Shown here piece by piece: positions 17,701 to 27,263 of a DNA stretch of 35,447 nt. The DNA comes from a virus (lineage: Duplodnaviria > Caudoviricetes): positions 1 through 35,447 of the IMG/VR virus record IMGVR_UViG_3300031519_000092; one strand, given 5' to 3'. The notes beneath the pieces were generated by a model. The model made no database searches. It worked only from the letters and a program-made list of their open reading frames with translations, and was not told the DNA's origin. The translations under genes and the position numbers were made by a program. Positions within the stretch are counted from its first letter, which is position 1, and each line of letters opens with the position of its first letter.

Positions 17701-20629
17701 AGATTCAGACCGAATAAGAGAGGGAGACACTTGGCAGAACCATATTACTAGGGGTTGGGAAAGAGTTGATTACTCGGGAAACACTGAAGGTCTCGACTCA
17801 ATTAATCCTGGAGCAACAACAGACCCTGTCGAAACAACAGGCCCTGGAACAGCATTCCCTGTCGAAACAACAGGCCCTGGAGCAACAACAGGCCCTGGAG
17901 CAACAACAAATTCTGGTTCAATGCCAGATGTCCTTACTCCGACTTTAAAAGAAGGCGACGCGGGCACGACTACCGAGACCGGCACTGACGCAAATGGTGA
18001 CGTAACAACCCTGACTCTAGATGAAGACGGGAATTTTACTTGGGTTCACACTGATGCTCAGACTGGAGTAATAACTACTGCTTGGAACGATCCCGAAACA
18101 GGAAATGAAATTAATGAACGATATGACCCCAGCTCGGAATTTTATAGCACTCAAATTAAAGACTCCGACGGCAACACGACCCTTACGCATCGTCAAGGCA
18201 ATAATTTTATAGACGCTGATGGCAACATAATTAACTATGGAGACAACTCTAATAATAATGCGACGGATAATAATCCTAACATTGTTGTAACTGAAACAGT
18301 TACTAATGATAATGGATCTGTAGATGAATTTGGAACCAATTCTCAAACCGGGGATTCAGTTGTAACACGCCGCGATAGTGTAAATGGTTCAGTAACTACT
18401 TGGACTACTAATTCTGCTGGACAAACAACTACTACTGTCAAAACTACTGACGGACTAACGACTACTTATTTTCCTAACGGATCTACTCAAACAACTGACT
18501 TTCAAGGGAATGTAATGACCCCTACAATTACGGGCGCTGGTGGAAATGCTACTATTACAAGTAACACAACAGGGTCTGAGACTGGTCAAAACCCACAATA
18601 CCAATGGAATGATGGTCAATCTAGAGATTATCCCGAAGGAATTTTCAGGCCCGGAGATGTAGATTATTCATTTTCTAACCAAACTGCCGAAGAAAGATTT
18701 TTAACTAACGGTATAACTTTTTACAACCCAGACACCGATGAAGAGTTTACGGCTCCCGGAGATGGATATAGTTTTCACGCAGGATTCGGTTGGATTGAAG
18801 GGACTAGAGAACAATACAACGCTGGCTTAGAAGATCCCATTACAACTACTGCCCCAGTTGTCCCCGGTAGCTCTGCTCCCGCAAATCCTACTAGTGGATT
18901 TCCTGGATTTGGACCGGTTCCAACTATCCCTGTAGCAACTGGAACCGGTTCCACGGGACTTCCACCTATAATAGGACAGCCTGGCCCTGTAGCAACTGCA
19001 ACCAATCCTGTTGGACCTTCACCTGTAGTGGGACAGCCTGGCTACAATGATAGTGACCTTGGTTTAGATCCTAGATTTACTACTGGTGGCACTAATCCTA
19101 ATGCTCCAGGCGGAGACGTTGATTACGGAGATGAGTTTGATCCCACTTTTGGTTTGTTAAAAGTTCTTTATGGGGATGAAGTAGCAAATAGATACAGGGG
19201 TGGAGGACTAGCTCAGGTCGATGCCCAGAACCTAATAGACAGATACCAAAGGCAAGTTGAAGGCTTAGCATTTGACAGGACTGCCACTCTTGCGGGAGAC
19301 GATCAAAATCTGGTCAATACGCTAAGGCAAATTCAGCGTGACTCTGACTTGGGATTACTTCAAGATTACGGGACAGATTACGCACAAGCATTATATGGCA
19401 CTGACCCAGTCGCCAGAAGGCAACTACAATATCAATCTGCAATGTCAGATGAGCTGTATAACGAAGCAATGGGTAACTTCTCTACTTCAAGGCAAGCTCA
19501 AATTACGGAAGATGCTTTCCAAACCTCTGCCTTGCAGGGAAGAGAACGAGATCCTAGTATGCTATACGAGCGTCTTATTGGATCAGAAGATGCTAGGGCA
19601 GACAGACAAGCGAGGGCTCAAGCGGCAGGTTCAAACACCTTTAACATGAGTCGTGACTTTACCAGTCAAATACCAGGCTTGTTACTAGGTGGAGGTTACA
19701 ACCCAGCTGGCCCTAAAACAATTAGTCCCGTATATGGCTCTGTTGATGCAGCTGGCGCAGCTCAACAAAACTATCAGAATACTCAAAATGCGATGGATAA
19801 CGCAAGGGCTCAAGCGGCTTATGCAGCAGCAATAGCAGCAGCCCAAAGAAGTGATGATTTAACATTGGTAGATCAGGTGCAAAACGCAATGAATCAGTTT
19901 AATAACGGACTGACGACGGTTGCTGGATTATTTACAACCATAAGAGGCTTGGGTGGAGTATTTACGGACATTTCAGATAGCTTAGCTAACTCTGGTAGTG
20001 TCGGGTCAGGACTAGGAGAAGTGTTTGGCATTGCGGGAGACGCTGCAACAGCGCTAGGAAACACATTGCCAGCGATACCTGCCGGGGGAACTACTCCAGT
20101 TATTCCAGGAGGAACTACTACTCCAGTTGTTCCAGGAGCAACTACTACTCCAGTTATTCCAGGAGGATCTACTACTCCAGTTATTCCAGGAGGAACTACT
20201 AACCCAGTTATTCCAGGAGGAACCACTACTCCAGTTGTTCCAGGAGGAACTACTACTCCAGTTGTTCCAGGAGGAAATACTGCTCCAGCTGTTTTCAATG
20301 AAGATACCTTTACTGGTTTTGATACTCTTGATTTCCAGGATGAGATAGACAAGTTCAACGCGGGTCTATCAGGCTATCAAACTGCACAAGGACTATTTGA
20401 TGCGTATGGTATCGGTAGTGGCAATGCGTTTTATGATGATTATTTAAATACAGATGATTATAATTCGGCTACTTCTAGTTCTACTATAGATACTCTTTTT
20501 GGCATTGGAAGCGAAGCTGTTGGAACAGCAGTTGACGCTGGTTCTGCCGTTGTATCAACAGCCGTAGATACCGCAGCCGCCGTTGCTAAAGCCGTTGCCA
20601 CAGCATGGGGAAATCTATTTAACGATTAA
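14729..20629 (+). CDS. Very large acidic, repeat-rich internal virion / DNA-ejection (pilot-like) protein, 1,966 aa
   Basis: Position between tail genes and two ejection-like proteins; hydrophobic stretch ~aa 305-335; Q/A-rich helical C-terminal part. Confidence 0.55.
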   Translation: MSPVAPPIPIAPGVPLALGNTTPLDREKTFLESLTLPGETTSSERYDLYNYRNTAEGKELSGEVSEKINELLFPRYGAQTNRDAAFNDIVNTVTGGGLDGLAANDFILNEIERQAGLEIMNLPNVGHLISRTYETFVPPELQSKLDGTNGYMSTGIKIALQAASMNGSLSEAQAQIGSSLLDAFDDDANNFDYTDNSQMGFVERMFADPMHVNAARFGSPLATTQDNQDIVNDFLYNEQFLTEKEINDYYTSQGLDPQYASTDRGVLQAIAEFTSAVTDGTVSTAKEINFEYKKYFGGEIAQNVIKLGIQSSSLGAISLGGMSIPVAFILYPILNMVSDALSPDDGQEVRDLLAEDRLFGIIKGIGNDEITLDDLTILSGEVSDPVRGAANILDLAANPIKIVEGIYDNLIGNIPVVGDLVGSVFGQFTPEASPEERAAALQELYTQAAYNQLAEDVLNATPEQVQDYLDRTSDYPPTYEDLVKQIDEYFDEQFPDAEINNQIDDLESQYQSMYDDLFGDDDYINGLENIKLEDYNSVEEWNAAQDAFGEEYTSGLSDLRDQMENLENSKSNGNTGNTGNTGNTGNTGNTGNNNGNNNNNMDPETEYQNQLAEYDRQIAAIEQEIDALNLEQNQTYYDGLEEALEDSTEESYYDDVAAYDQTWSDRYDPIRSRLDQVESEKQALIDSYNEEQQQIFENKRYCEAKWGTSDLDLCAYKDEQESIAEMGAYDGLVPDETGPVDPENRTNWQPEYNSEYSEDTPHQTTCYDSQGPYTCYTNDDGLRQQEGFNEGGTFDEDGNYTPPTTKTDDDGPGLNDEPGSGHTNLPGETNTERRAREAREAVDSGGGGGGGGGGGGGGGGGGGDDDTDPNNNNNNNNSGPQTRPDLTTDEEKTKGYSDDFKKYKAQGMSDEEARELAYENVRRASEGEEPLSDDEEERKEQFKTSDDVADLYVDALNKAKAENPGMTDAQAAVVANQAVEDETGIKDYGNIDSDRIREGDTWQNHITRGWERVDYSGNTEGLDSINPGATTDPVETTGPGTAFPVETTGPGATTGPGATTNSGSMPDVLTPTLKEGDAGTTTETGTDANGDVTTLTLDEDGNFTWVHTDAQTGVITTAWNDPETGNEINERYDPSSEFYSTQIKDSDGNTTLTHRQGNNFIDADGNIINYGDNSNNNATDNNPNIVVTETVTNDNGSVDEFGTNSQTGDSVVTRRDSVNGSVTTWTTNSAGQTTTTVKTTDGLTTTYFPNGSTQTTDFQGNVMTPTITGAGGNATITSNTTGSETGQNPQYQWNDGQSRDYPEGIFRPGDVDYSFSNQTAEERFLTNGITFYNPDTDEEFTAPGDGYSFHAGFGWIEGTREQYNAGLEDPITTTAPVVPGSSAPANPTSGFPGFGPVPTIPVATGTGSTGLPPIIGQPGPVATATNPVGPSPVVGQPGYNDSDLGLDPRFTTGGTNPNAPGGDVDYGDEFDPTFGLLKVLYGDEVANRYRGGGLAQVDAQNLIDRYQRQVEGLAFDRTATLAGDDQNLVNTLRQIQRDSDLGLLQDYGTDYAQALYGTDPVARRQLQYQSAMSDELYNEAMGNFSTSRQAQITEDAFQTSALQGRERDPSMLYERLIGSEDARADRQARAQAAGSNTFNMSRDFTSQIPGLLLGGGYNPAGPKTISPVYGSVDAAGAAQQNYQNTQNAMDNARAQAAYAAAIAAAQRSDDLTLVDQVQNAMNQFNNGLTTVAGLFTTIRGLGGVFTDISDSLANSGSVGSGLGEVFGIAGDAATALGNTLPAIPAGGTTPVIPGGTTTPVVPGATTTPVIPGGSTTPVIPGGTTNPVIPGGTTTPVVPGGTTTPVVPGGNTAPAVFNEDTFTGFDTLDFQDEIDKFNAGLSGYQTAQGLFDAYGIGSGNAFYDDYLNTDDYNSATSSSTIDTLFGIGSEAVGTAVDAGSAVVSTAVDTAAAVAKAVATAWGNLFND
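16445..16528 (+). repeat. Coding 9-bp tandem repeat (GGAAATACM)x6 = (GNT)6, then Asn-rich tract
   Basis: Read directly. Confidence 0.95.
17261..17359 (+). repeat. Poly-Gly (about 19 codons) followed by DDDTDP and N8
   Basis: Mixed GGT/GGA/GGC codons. Confidence 0.95.
17807..17908 (+). repeat. Coding repeats PVETTGPG / ATTGPG
   Basis: ACAACAGGCCCTGGA occurs three times. Confidence 0.9.
20096..20284 (+). repeat. Coding 27-bp tandem repeat x7 (PV[IV]PG[GA][TSN]T[TNA])
   Basis: CCAGTT[AG]TTCCAGGAG[GC]A... units. Confidence 0.95.
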
Positions 20630-20639
20630 GGAAAAAATT

Positions 20640-22667
20640 ATGGTTCAAGTAAACAGAGGAATGTTAGATCCGACCGTCGCAAGGGCGGATTACAGTCAAT
20701 TGACAAATGCCGTTATTCGCGGTAAAGATCAAGAATTAATTGCAAGTAAAGAAAAAAATGCTCGCATACGGGCTTCTTTGGCTGAGGTGGAAATGAACAA
20801 CAGGACTTCCAATGATGCTCAAGCCGCTTGGATGGGTGCTATAGATCAAAATCAAGATCTGTTAAATGCTTTAAATAATGCTCCTCCCCGCATACAAAAA
20901 GCTTATCAAAAAGCCACTCAGGGACGTGCTACGTTAGAAGATAATTCTGTTATATCGTCTTATCTGGGTTCTATTCAAAAACAGATGACTGCAGAACAAC
21001 AGTCAAAATCTGGTGGTCTTCAAAATAAGTTAATTGAGGCTCAAATAGCACAATCTGAGGCAGGTGCGCTCAGACAAACATCTGACATGAATTTAGCTAA
21101 TGCGGAGCTGGAAGCTTTGCAAAACCCTGGTGCTAATCCTAGACAAGCAACTATAAATGCTTTGATGGGTAATCAACAGGCTCCCGCACAAAGTATGCAA
21201 GGCGGAGGTGGCACTCGTGTTCCTCCAGTTGCTGCTATTAACGCAAGTGATCCCAGTGATCCAGTCAATCGACCAGTCACTGGGCTAGCATTACCCGAAC
21301 CTGCGCCCATCCCTACAGCTCCTACAGGGCAAAGCTTAGTTGATAATAACCCATTTGCCCCACAGGCCCCTGCAGCGGCTGCACAAGCCCCCGTAGCGGC
21401 TCCCGGGTCAACACCAGAGGTAGACCCTAATGCACCGTTCTTTACGGACTCTAAGGGAAACAGGGTAGTAGCCTCTCCTCAAGCCATGAACAGCCCAGAA
21501 GTTGCAAAACAAGTTGCTGATGGTGTAAGCGAAGGGACGGCAATACAAAGAGTTCAAGCTGGAATAGATTTAAAAAGAAAGTTAAACGAGTATGTAAACG
21601 GAGATGGTAATTTTGAAAACTTGCCAACTGCTGACTCATACACGGCTCAATTGTATGCGGCTGGAAACGATTTGGACGACGCTAGAGAACAAACAGAAGC
21701 AGCTATTGCACAAGGTGTTGTATTTGCTGGGCCTACAAGCAAGGAAAAAGCAACACTCAAAAAAGAGTTTAGAGAATCTTACAATAAAGAAACATCTGGT
21801 CTATCTGCCCTTCTTGCAGATACACAAATTGTTCAAAGCGCGGCAGACAGAGTTAAATCTAACGCTGGATTCTTTACCTCTGGAGCCATACCCAGTTGGG
21901 CTGCTGCTATAGGTCTTGACCTCATGCCTGTTGATGGTAAATCAAGCATAGAAATGAAGAAAGCTATTAGCCAGCTTACATCTAGTTCTGCGCTTTCAAC
22001 AATGCAAACGCTAAAAGATAACTCCAAACAAGGAGCGACTGGATTGGGTCAAGTAGCTGTTAAAGAATTTGAAGCTCTTATGGACAAGGCGAGTTCTATA
22101 GATCAATATTTACAGTCAGGCGACCTAGAGGACGCAGTTAATTTATATGTTTACGACAGAAATAAACTTGCATATAAAACCTACGCATCAATGGTTGAAT
22201 CTTATGGCGTATCTGCCGTTAATAGTCAAGGAGGAATTTCAGAGCGTCAAATATCTACAATACTAAGAGATATAAACGACTTTGAAACAACCCAATCAGT
22301 GGGCATAGATATTGCAGCGAGAAATGGATACTTTGTAGATAACGTAGGAGTTCCGCAGGCAGCCGTCACAACCATATCTGGGCCAGATGGAGGAGCACCT
22401 GTCGCCCCAATGAGTCCTGCCGAAAGGCAAGAGCAAAGTATAGCAGCTGGAGAAAAGAACTTTAACCAAAAACAAGAGGCAAGGTCAGCTCAAAATACTA
22501 AAAATCAACAAAACGCTGCTATGGTAGGAATGGGAATGATGAGCCCCCAAAGCATTCCTGCTATAGTTGGATCATATGTAGCTCCTAAGATATACGATTT
22601 CTTTGGAGGTGGTAACGCTGAAACAGAAGCCTACTCAGGAAACATAAGTAACATACAAACAAAGTAA
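20640..22667 (+). CDS. Internal virion / DNA-ejection protein (start reassigned to ATG 20640)
   Basis: Q/A/P-rich; LK..S..GATGLGQVAVKEFEAL motif common in podophage ejection proteins. Confidence 0.65.
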   Translation: MVQVNRGMLDPTVARADYSQLTNAVIRGKDQELIASKEKNARIRASLAEVEMNNRTSNDAQAAWMGAIDQNQDLLNALNNAPPRIQKAYQKATQGRATLEDNSVISSYLGSIQKQMTAEQQSKSGGLQNKLIEAQIAQSEAGALRQTSDMNLANAELEALQNPGANPRQATINALMGNQQAPAQSMQGGGGTRVPPVAAINASDPSDPVNRPVTGLALPEPAPIPTAPTGQSLVDNNPFAPQAPAAAAQAPVAAPGSTPEVDPNAPFFTDSKGNRVVASPQAMNSPEVAKQVADGVSEGTAIQRVQAGIDLKRKLNEYVNGDGNFENLPTADSYTAQLYAAGNDLDDAREQTEAAIAQGVVFAGPTSKEKATLKKEFRESYNKETSGLSALLADTQIVQSAADRVKSNAGFFTSGAIPSWAAAIGLDLMPVDGKSSIEMKKAISQLTSSSALSTMQTLKDNSKQGATGLGQVAVKEFEALMDKASSIDQYLQSGDLEDAVNLYVYDRNKLAYKTYASMVESYGVSAVNSQGGISERQISTILRDINDFETTQSVGIDIAARNGYFVDNVGVPQAAVTTISGPDGGAPVAPMSPAERQEQSIAAGEKNFNQKQEARSAQNTKNQQNAAMVGMGMMSPQSIPAIVGSYVAPKIYDFFGGGNAETEAYSGNISNIQTK

Positions 22668-22668
22668 T

Positions 22669-25647
22669 ATGCCGATAAATATCAATGATCCCGTAACTGG
22701 TGATTCGTTTCAATACTTTGGTAATCAGACCCTAAGTCAACCTCTTGCTAGAGAGCTGATAGGAGCATCTATTGTCGAAGCCAGTCAAGAACTGCTGGAT
22801 GGATCTTATAAAAAAGATGCCCTCGGCAAGGATGTAGACGATTTTACCGCTGTTAAAAGACTTGAAAGAAACACGGCATTACAGCTTCGGGTTCCCATAG
22901 GGAATATAGATGCTACCAGTGGCATAAGTGATTCTGACAGGTTAGCACTGGGTCTTAGGCCCACTATGGGTCAAAAGCTTGACCATCTTCGCACGGAATA
23001 TGGTTACAGAAACGTGCAAGCCGTCCCGGTAAATGGTAGTTATAGGCTTATAATAAAGACTGAGGGTGAAGGGCAGAACGCCAAATACAAATATGTAAAC
23101 GAAGAAGGTTTAGATTTTGGTGATATTACGCAGTTTGGTGCTGGAGCTGCTATTCCTATAGTCGCTGCTACAATTGCTACAGTTGCAGCCCCAATCCTTC
23201 TTCCAACCCTGGCTGTTGCCGGATGGGGTTCAGCTGCTGCATTAGCAACTGTTTCCGCAGGAACATATTTTGGAGCTGGTGTGCTACAAGACAGTGCGGT
23301 AGCAAAATTTGACGGAAGCGTTCCTGATTTTGCAGAAATTGCCAAACGAAGAGGGGTAGAATCAGCTTTTGCTTTTGTTCCCGAAATGGCAATGATCCGG
23401 GGTGGTCAATGGCTAAGTGGCTTTGCTGGGTCAGGTGCGGATGATGTAGCAAAACTGCTACGAAGCGACATAGAAACCTTAAAAACTAATTTTACTAAAG
23501 TCTTAGACGACGGGACTGAGTTAGTTCCAAGTCTAGATGCTGGTCTTGGAGGTTTAAGTAGCAGGGCCGGAGCTGCTACGGAAAAAGCTTCTAGTGCAAA
23601 TAGTTCTGCTATTAGAAAGTTGTATCAAAACAACATTGATGAACTAGATACTATGCTAAGCGCGCTTAATGGTGGTTCACCAAGACCAATACAAGAGGTA
23701 GTAGAAGTTGCTAGAGATAAACTAACCCAACAATTAACAAAGTTGGGTGACGACGTAGCAGCATTTGATCCTCAATTGCAGAATGCGGTGCAGAAAATAT
23801 TGCAGACTAAGTTAAAAAGAATGGGTGGAACTGAGCGTTTGTATCGTAGCAGGCCATCGGGAGATAAAATACAAAAAGGACTACAAGATTCATTTAATAC
23901 TGCTCAAAAAAAGAAAAGAGAATTATTTGAGGATGTAACTGCAAGGGCAACCGACGAAGGTATTTTCTACGATGTAGAGTCCGTCTTAGGTGCTATGAGG
24001 CGAGCCATAGCCAAGGGTGGTTCCGGGCTAGACGAAATAGATGTAGACGCTGCTAGAGCTTTTGCTACGTCCATGGAAAAATCTGGTCTTTCGGACGAAG
24101 CTGTATTAAAAGCATTAAGAGACAAGCTACCTTTAGAGTTTAAGGGTGGCATGAAAGACTTTACTCCAGTTAAGACTATGTCATATAAGCAGTTAGATGA
24201 TGTAATTAAAAAATATGCAGAAAGAGCAGATTTTGGAGACATCAAAGCCGTTGGAAATTCTGCTGGATTTGCCAGGCTTATGCGCAAAGAACTTACTGGA
24301 GTCCGAGACAAAGCCCTAAAAGGAACAGAAACACAAAAAGCTTTAAGTAAAGCCAACGAGTTTTATAGAGGTAAATACGGACAGTTTATTAGATCAGACG
24401 TAAAGCCCCTTATAAAACCAGACTTTGGTAGTGGATATGGGAATATACCAGGCGAAGCATATACGGTTATGGGCGGCGAGGCTGTCATGAATAAAATATT
24501 CTCTAACCCTAAAACCTTAAGAGAAGTTTTAAATGCTTTGCCAGAAAACGCACCGTTTGCCGGAGCTTTTACTAAAGCAGAAGCTACAGCAGAACTTAGA
24601 ACATCTTATTTATCCAGTATAGGTCTTAACGGAACGGTTAAATTAGGAAAAGGAATGAAGATTAATGTTAATAATGACATTATGAGCGTGCTATTTCCTA
24701 GAAATTGGGAGATTAAGGTAAAAGCTTTTGAGCAATTAAACGATTTAGTTAGGTCAACCGGCAAAGTTTTAGAAATTGACGATGCTATTTTCAGGGAAAT
24801 ACTTTCCTTGGGAACACCGACGCAGGCAAAGAACGCTTTAAAAATAGCAGAATCAAAAATAAAAGCTGCTGCCAAATTAGCGACAGAAGAACAAAACAAA
24901 CTGTTCCAAGCTATAATCAAAAAACAAGGAAATCTGTCGGCGGAAGATGCAATGGAAGCTGTTGGTTCTTTGCTTAATTACAGTTCTGATGAAATATCAG
25001 CATTAGTAAAGGTGATCCAAGGGTCTTCGCCAGAATTTGGGTTAGCTACATTGCGAAATAAACTATCTACAGAGATAGTAGAATTAGCTCAGCCCACTAA
25101 GGTTAGCTATCCCGTTACTAGCAGGGGGAAACCATTGTTTGACGCTGATATAATGCTAACAAAATTAAAAGATGTTAAGATCCGAAAGGTTGCAACAGAA
25201 GTTTTGGGCAAAGAATGGGTTGAAAACATGGAGGCGATCGCAAGGGTAGCAAAATATAGCACCGCTGAACCCAGGAAACTACCTGGTGTCCGCCCTGTTA
25301 TTTCACCTGGATCAGGAGGCATGCAGACAACATTCGTAATAGGAGATTTATTGCCGGACGTAGGTCGATTCCTATATGGTAGATTTGCTGCTACGCCAGG
25401 TCTAAAACAGGTGCTATCAAGAAAAACACCTGACGAAGCTGCTATGGTATTTAGGCAGTGGTTACCATTTTTTATGGCTACAGACGAAGGATTAAAAGCT
25501 TTGGCTTTATACTCAAGAGATCATCCAGAGTTGTCTGTTTACATACAAGAAGAATTAGCTAACCTCGGAAACTTGGCAATGGAACAAGATACAGCTGCTA
25601 TTCGTCGCGGAGAGATGAGCGCACCGGCTCCACAACAAGGAAACTAG
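22669..25647 (+). CDS. Large DNA-ejection protein with N-terminal hydrophobic/TM segment (P22 gp16-like position)
   Basis: EEGLDFGDI followed by A/G-rich hydrophobic region; helical remainder; last gene of structural operon. Confidence 0.65.
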   Translation: MPININDPVTGDSFQYFGNQTLSQPLARELIGASIVEASQELLDGSYKKDALGKDVDDFTAVKRLERNTALQLRVPIGNIDATSGISDSDRLALGLRPTMGQKLDHLRTEYGYRNVQAVPVNGSYRLIIKTEGEGQNAKYKYVNEEGLDFGDITQFGAGAAIPIVAATIATVAAPILLPTLAVAGWGSAAALATVSAGTYFGAGVLQDSAVAKFDGSVPDFAEIAKRRGVESAFAFVPEMAMIRGGQWLSGFAGSGADDVAKLLRSDIETLKTNFTKVLDDGTELVPSLDAGLGGLSSRAGAATEKASSANSSAIRKLYQNNIDELDTMLSALNGGSPRPIQEVVEVARDKLTQQLTKLGDDVAAFDPQLQNAVQKILQTKLKRMGGTERLYRSRPSGDKIQKGLQDSFNTAQKKKRELFEDVTARATDEGIFYDVESVLGAMRRAIAKGGSGLDEIDVDAARAFATSMEKSGLSDEAVLKALRDKLPLEFKGGMKDFTPVKTMSYKQLDDVIKKYAERADFGDIKAVGNSAGFARLMRKELTGVRDKALKGTETQKALSKANEFYRGKYGQFIRSDVKPLIKPDFGSGYGNIPGEAYTVMGGEAVMNKIFSNPKTLREVLNALPENAPFAGAFTKAEATAELRTSYLSSIGLNGTVKLGKGMKINVNNDIMSVLFPRNWEIKVKAFEQLNDLVRSTGKVLEIDDAIFREILSLGTPTQAKNALKIAESKIKAAAKLATEEQNKLFQAIIKKQGNLSAEDAMEAVGSLLNYSSDEISALVKVIQGSSPEFGLATLRNKLSTEIVELAQPTKVSYPVTSRGKPLFDADIMLTKLKDVKIRKVATEVLGKEWVENMEAIARVAKYSTAEPRKLPGVRPVISPGSGGMQTTFVIGDLLPDVGRFLYGRFAATPGLKQVLSRKTPDEAAMVFRQWLPFFMATDEGLKALALYSRDHPELSVYIQEELANLGNLAMEQDTAAIRRGEMSAPAPQQGN

Positions 25648-25852
25648 CTTGTTCTACATTAAGAATCCTGCCGCTTCCTCCTCTCTTAAACACACAATAC
25701 CCGTTTTTGTCTGGGTTTTTTGCAAGAAGCAACCTAACTGCGGATTTCTCATCGTGAGCCCACTTCGATGCGACAGAGCTCTCACCTTCCTTCATGTCAA
25801 AGTTTACGTAGGTGATCTTGTATCTGTTCAAAGGAAAAAGTAGGGAGATCAA
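25598..25852 (-). CDS. Hypothetical protein (probably starts near LNRYKITY)
   Basis: Last gene of - strand operon; overlaps the convergent + gene by 50 nt. Confidence 0.55.
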   Translation of the reverse strand: MISLLFPLNRYKITYVNFDMKEGESSVASKWAHDEKSAVRLLLAKNPDKNGYCVFKRGGSGRILNVEQASFLVVEPVRSSLRDE

Positions 25853-25908
25853 AGCGGAGTATAAATAATCTAAAAACTCCGTGGGGGCGTTACCGCTACC
25901 CCTCTCCC
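25843..25908 (-). other. Three-stem structured element downstream of dnaB
   Basis: GGGAGA/TCTCCC enclosing CGGAGT/ACTCCG and GGGG-GCG/CGC-CCCC stems. Confidence 0.45.
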
Positions 25909-25916
25909 AATAAAAA

Positions 25917-27263
25917 TTAGTAAATCCTGCCGACTGAATTGTCGAATATAAACTTGTCTACAACGTCTCGTTCACCCTCTCGGTTCTTAACGAGACTGTA
26001 TGATAAATCAATATATGGCTTACCTGCTTTGTCAAGTTTTTTGCTCTTAGCCATGTCGAAACAAGTGGGCCACATCATCAGAATAACATCAGCGTCGTTC
26101 TCAATGTCACCCGAGTCTTTCAGGTCGTATATAGATAACTTACCTCTCTTCGCGCCCTCTCTATTTACCTGAGCTAGTAGTATCACTGGAAGGTTAAGCT
26201 CCATAGCCATCTGCTTTATGCTATGACTGACCTCTGCTATCCCGTCGTGCTTCTGCATCTTGCCGTCCCAAGGTATCAACTGCAAGTAGTCTATGACTAT
26301 CATAGATATTCCGTGCTTCCTCTTCAGGTTCCTGCACTTGGCTCTAAGGTCGTTCATGTTCCTAATATGATTGTAGATATATATAGGCGACTTCTTGATC
26401 TTCTCAGTAGCCTCTACGATGGGCTTAAAAGCCTCTACCTTGTCGGTGCTATTGTTTGCCTCTTCGATGTTACAGCATGATGATATCTGCACCATACGTT
26501 TAAACACTTGCTCTGGAGGCATCTCTAGAGAAAACAACGCTACACCTTTATTGTCACGAATAGCTAGTCGCAATGCTATATTCAAAGCAAGCTGAGATTT
26601 ACCGCAGGATGTTGGAGCAGAGATAACAAACACTTCACCCTTTCCAATACCACCTTCTGGGAGCTTTGCATCAAGAGACTTTATACCAGTAGGAATCCGC
26701 ACTGGGGCGTATGTCCCGTCTTGCATTGATTGGATTTGGCTAATGAACTCTGACCCGACATTGCCCAAGGACACATCATCATCTTGGAACCCGTCGATCT
26801 TAGCCACCTCTGACTCAACATACGCTTTAGCTTCATCAGCATCAGCACCTGCGTCTATCTTTTCTATTGCTAAACGTGAACTACGCACAATTTTCCTGGC
26901 GTTACTACGCTCTCTGACGATTTTAGCGGCAGCCTTAGATTGCATGGTGCTCTCACACAAACTAGATATAGCAAAAATAGCAGGCATACCTCCGACCTCA
27001 TCTATAAGATCCTTCTTACGAAGCATTTCATACAAGCTGATATCATTTACATCCTCACCCTTGTTGTGAAGCTCTTTTATGCTAGTAAAAAATATCTTGT
27101 TCGATCGGTCGTAAAAATCATTATCGTTAACGATTTGTATTATGTTGTCATAAGCATCAACCGACTGCTCTTTGTCGGGGAATAAACAACATCCAATTAA
27201 AATTCTTTCTGCTTCAACATTAGCGTGAATTGGTTTCTTTCTTTTTGTTATTTCTTTTACCAT
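25917..27263 (-). CDS. dnaB: Replicative DNA helicase DnaB
   Basis: N-term AE..LIG, DFY; Walker A APTSCGKS, FSLEM, IVIDYLQL, LAQVNR, DLKDSGDIENDAD, KNREG. Confidence 0.95.
   Translation of the reverse strand: MVKEITKRKKPIHANVEAERILIGCCLFPDKEQSVDAYDNIIQIVNDNDFYDRSNKIFFTSIKELHNKGEDVNDISLYEMLRKKDLIDEVGGMPAIFAISSLCESTMQSKAAAKIVRERSNARKIVRSSRLAIEKIDAGADADEAKAYVESEVAKIDGFQDDDVSLGNVGSEFISQIQSMQDGTYAPVRIPTGIKSLDAKLPEGGIGKGEVFVISAPTSCGKSQLALNIALRLAIRDNKGVALFSLEMPPEQVFKRMVQISSCCNIEEANNSTDKVEAFKPIVEATEKIKKSPIYIYNHIRNMNDLRAKCRNLKRKHGISMIVIDYLQLIPWDGKMQKHDGIAEVSHSIKQMAMELNLPVILLAQVNREGAKRGKLSIYDLKDSGDIENDADVILMMWPTCFDMAKSKKLDKAGKPYIDLSYSLVKNREGERDVVDKFIFDNSVGRIY

Noticed and set aside
19894-20358. Antisense and alternate-frame ORFs in repeats (also 16317-16736, 17770-17985)
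   Set aside because: By-products of stop-free tandem repeats within the giant gene
25843-25908. Hammerhead ribozyme or tRNA
   Set aside because: No CUGANGA/GAAA core on either strand; no cloverleaf or T-loop
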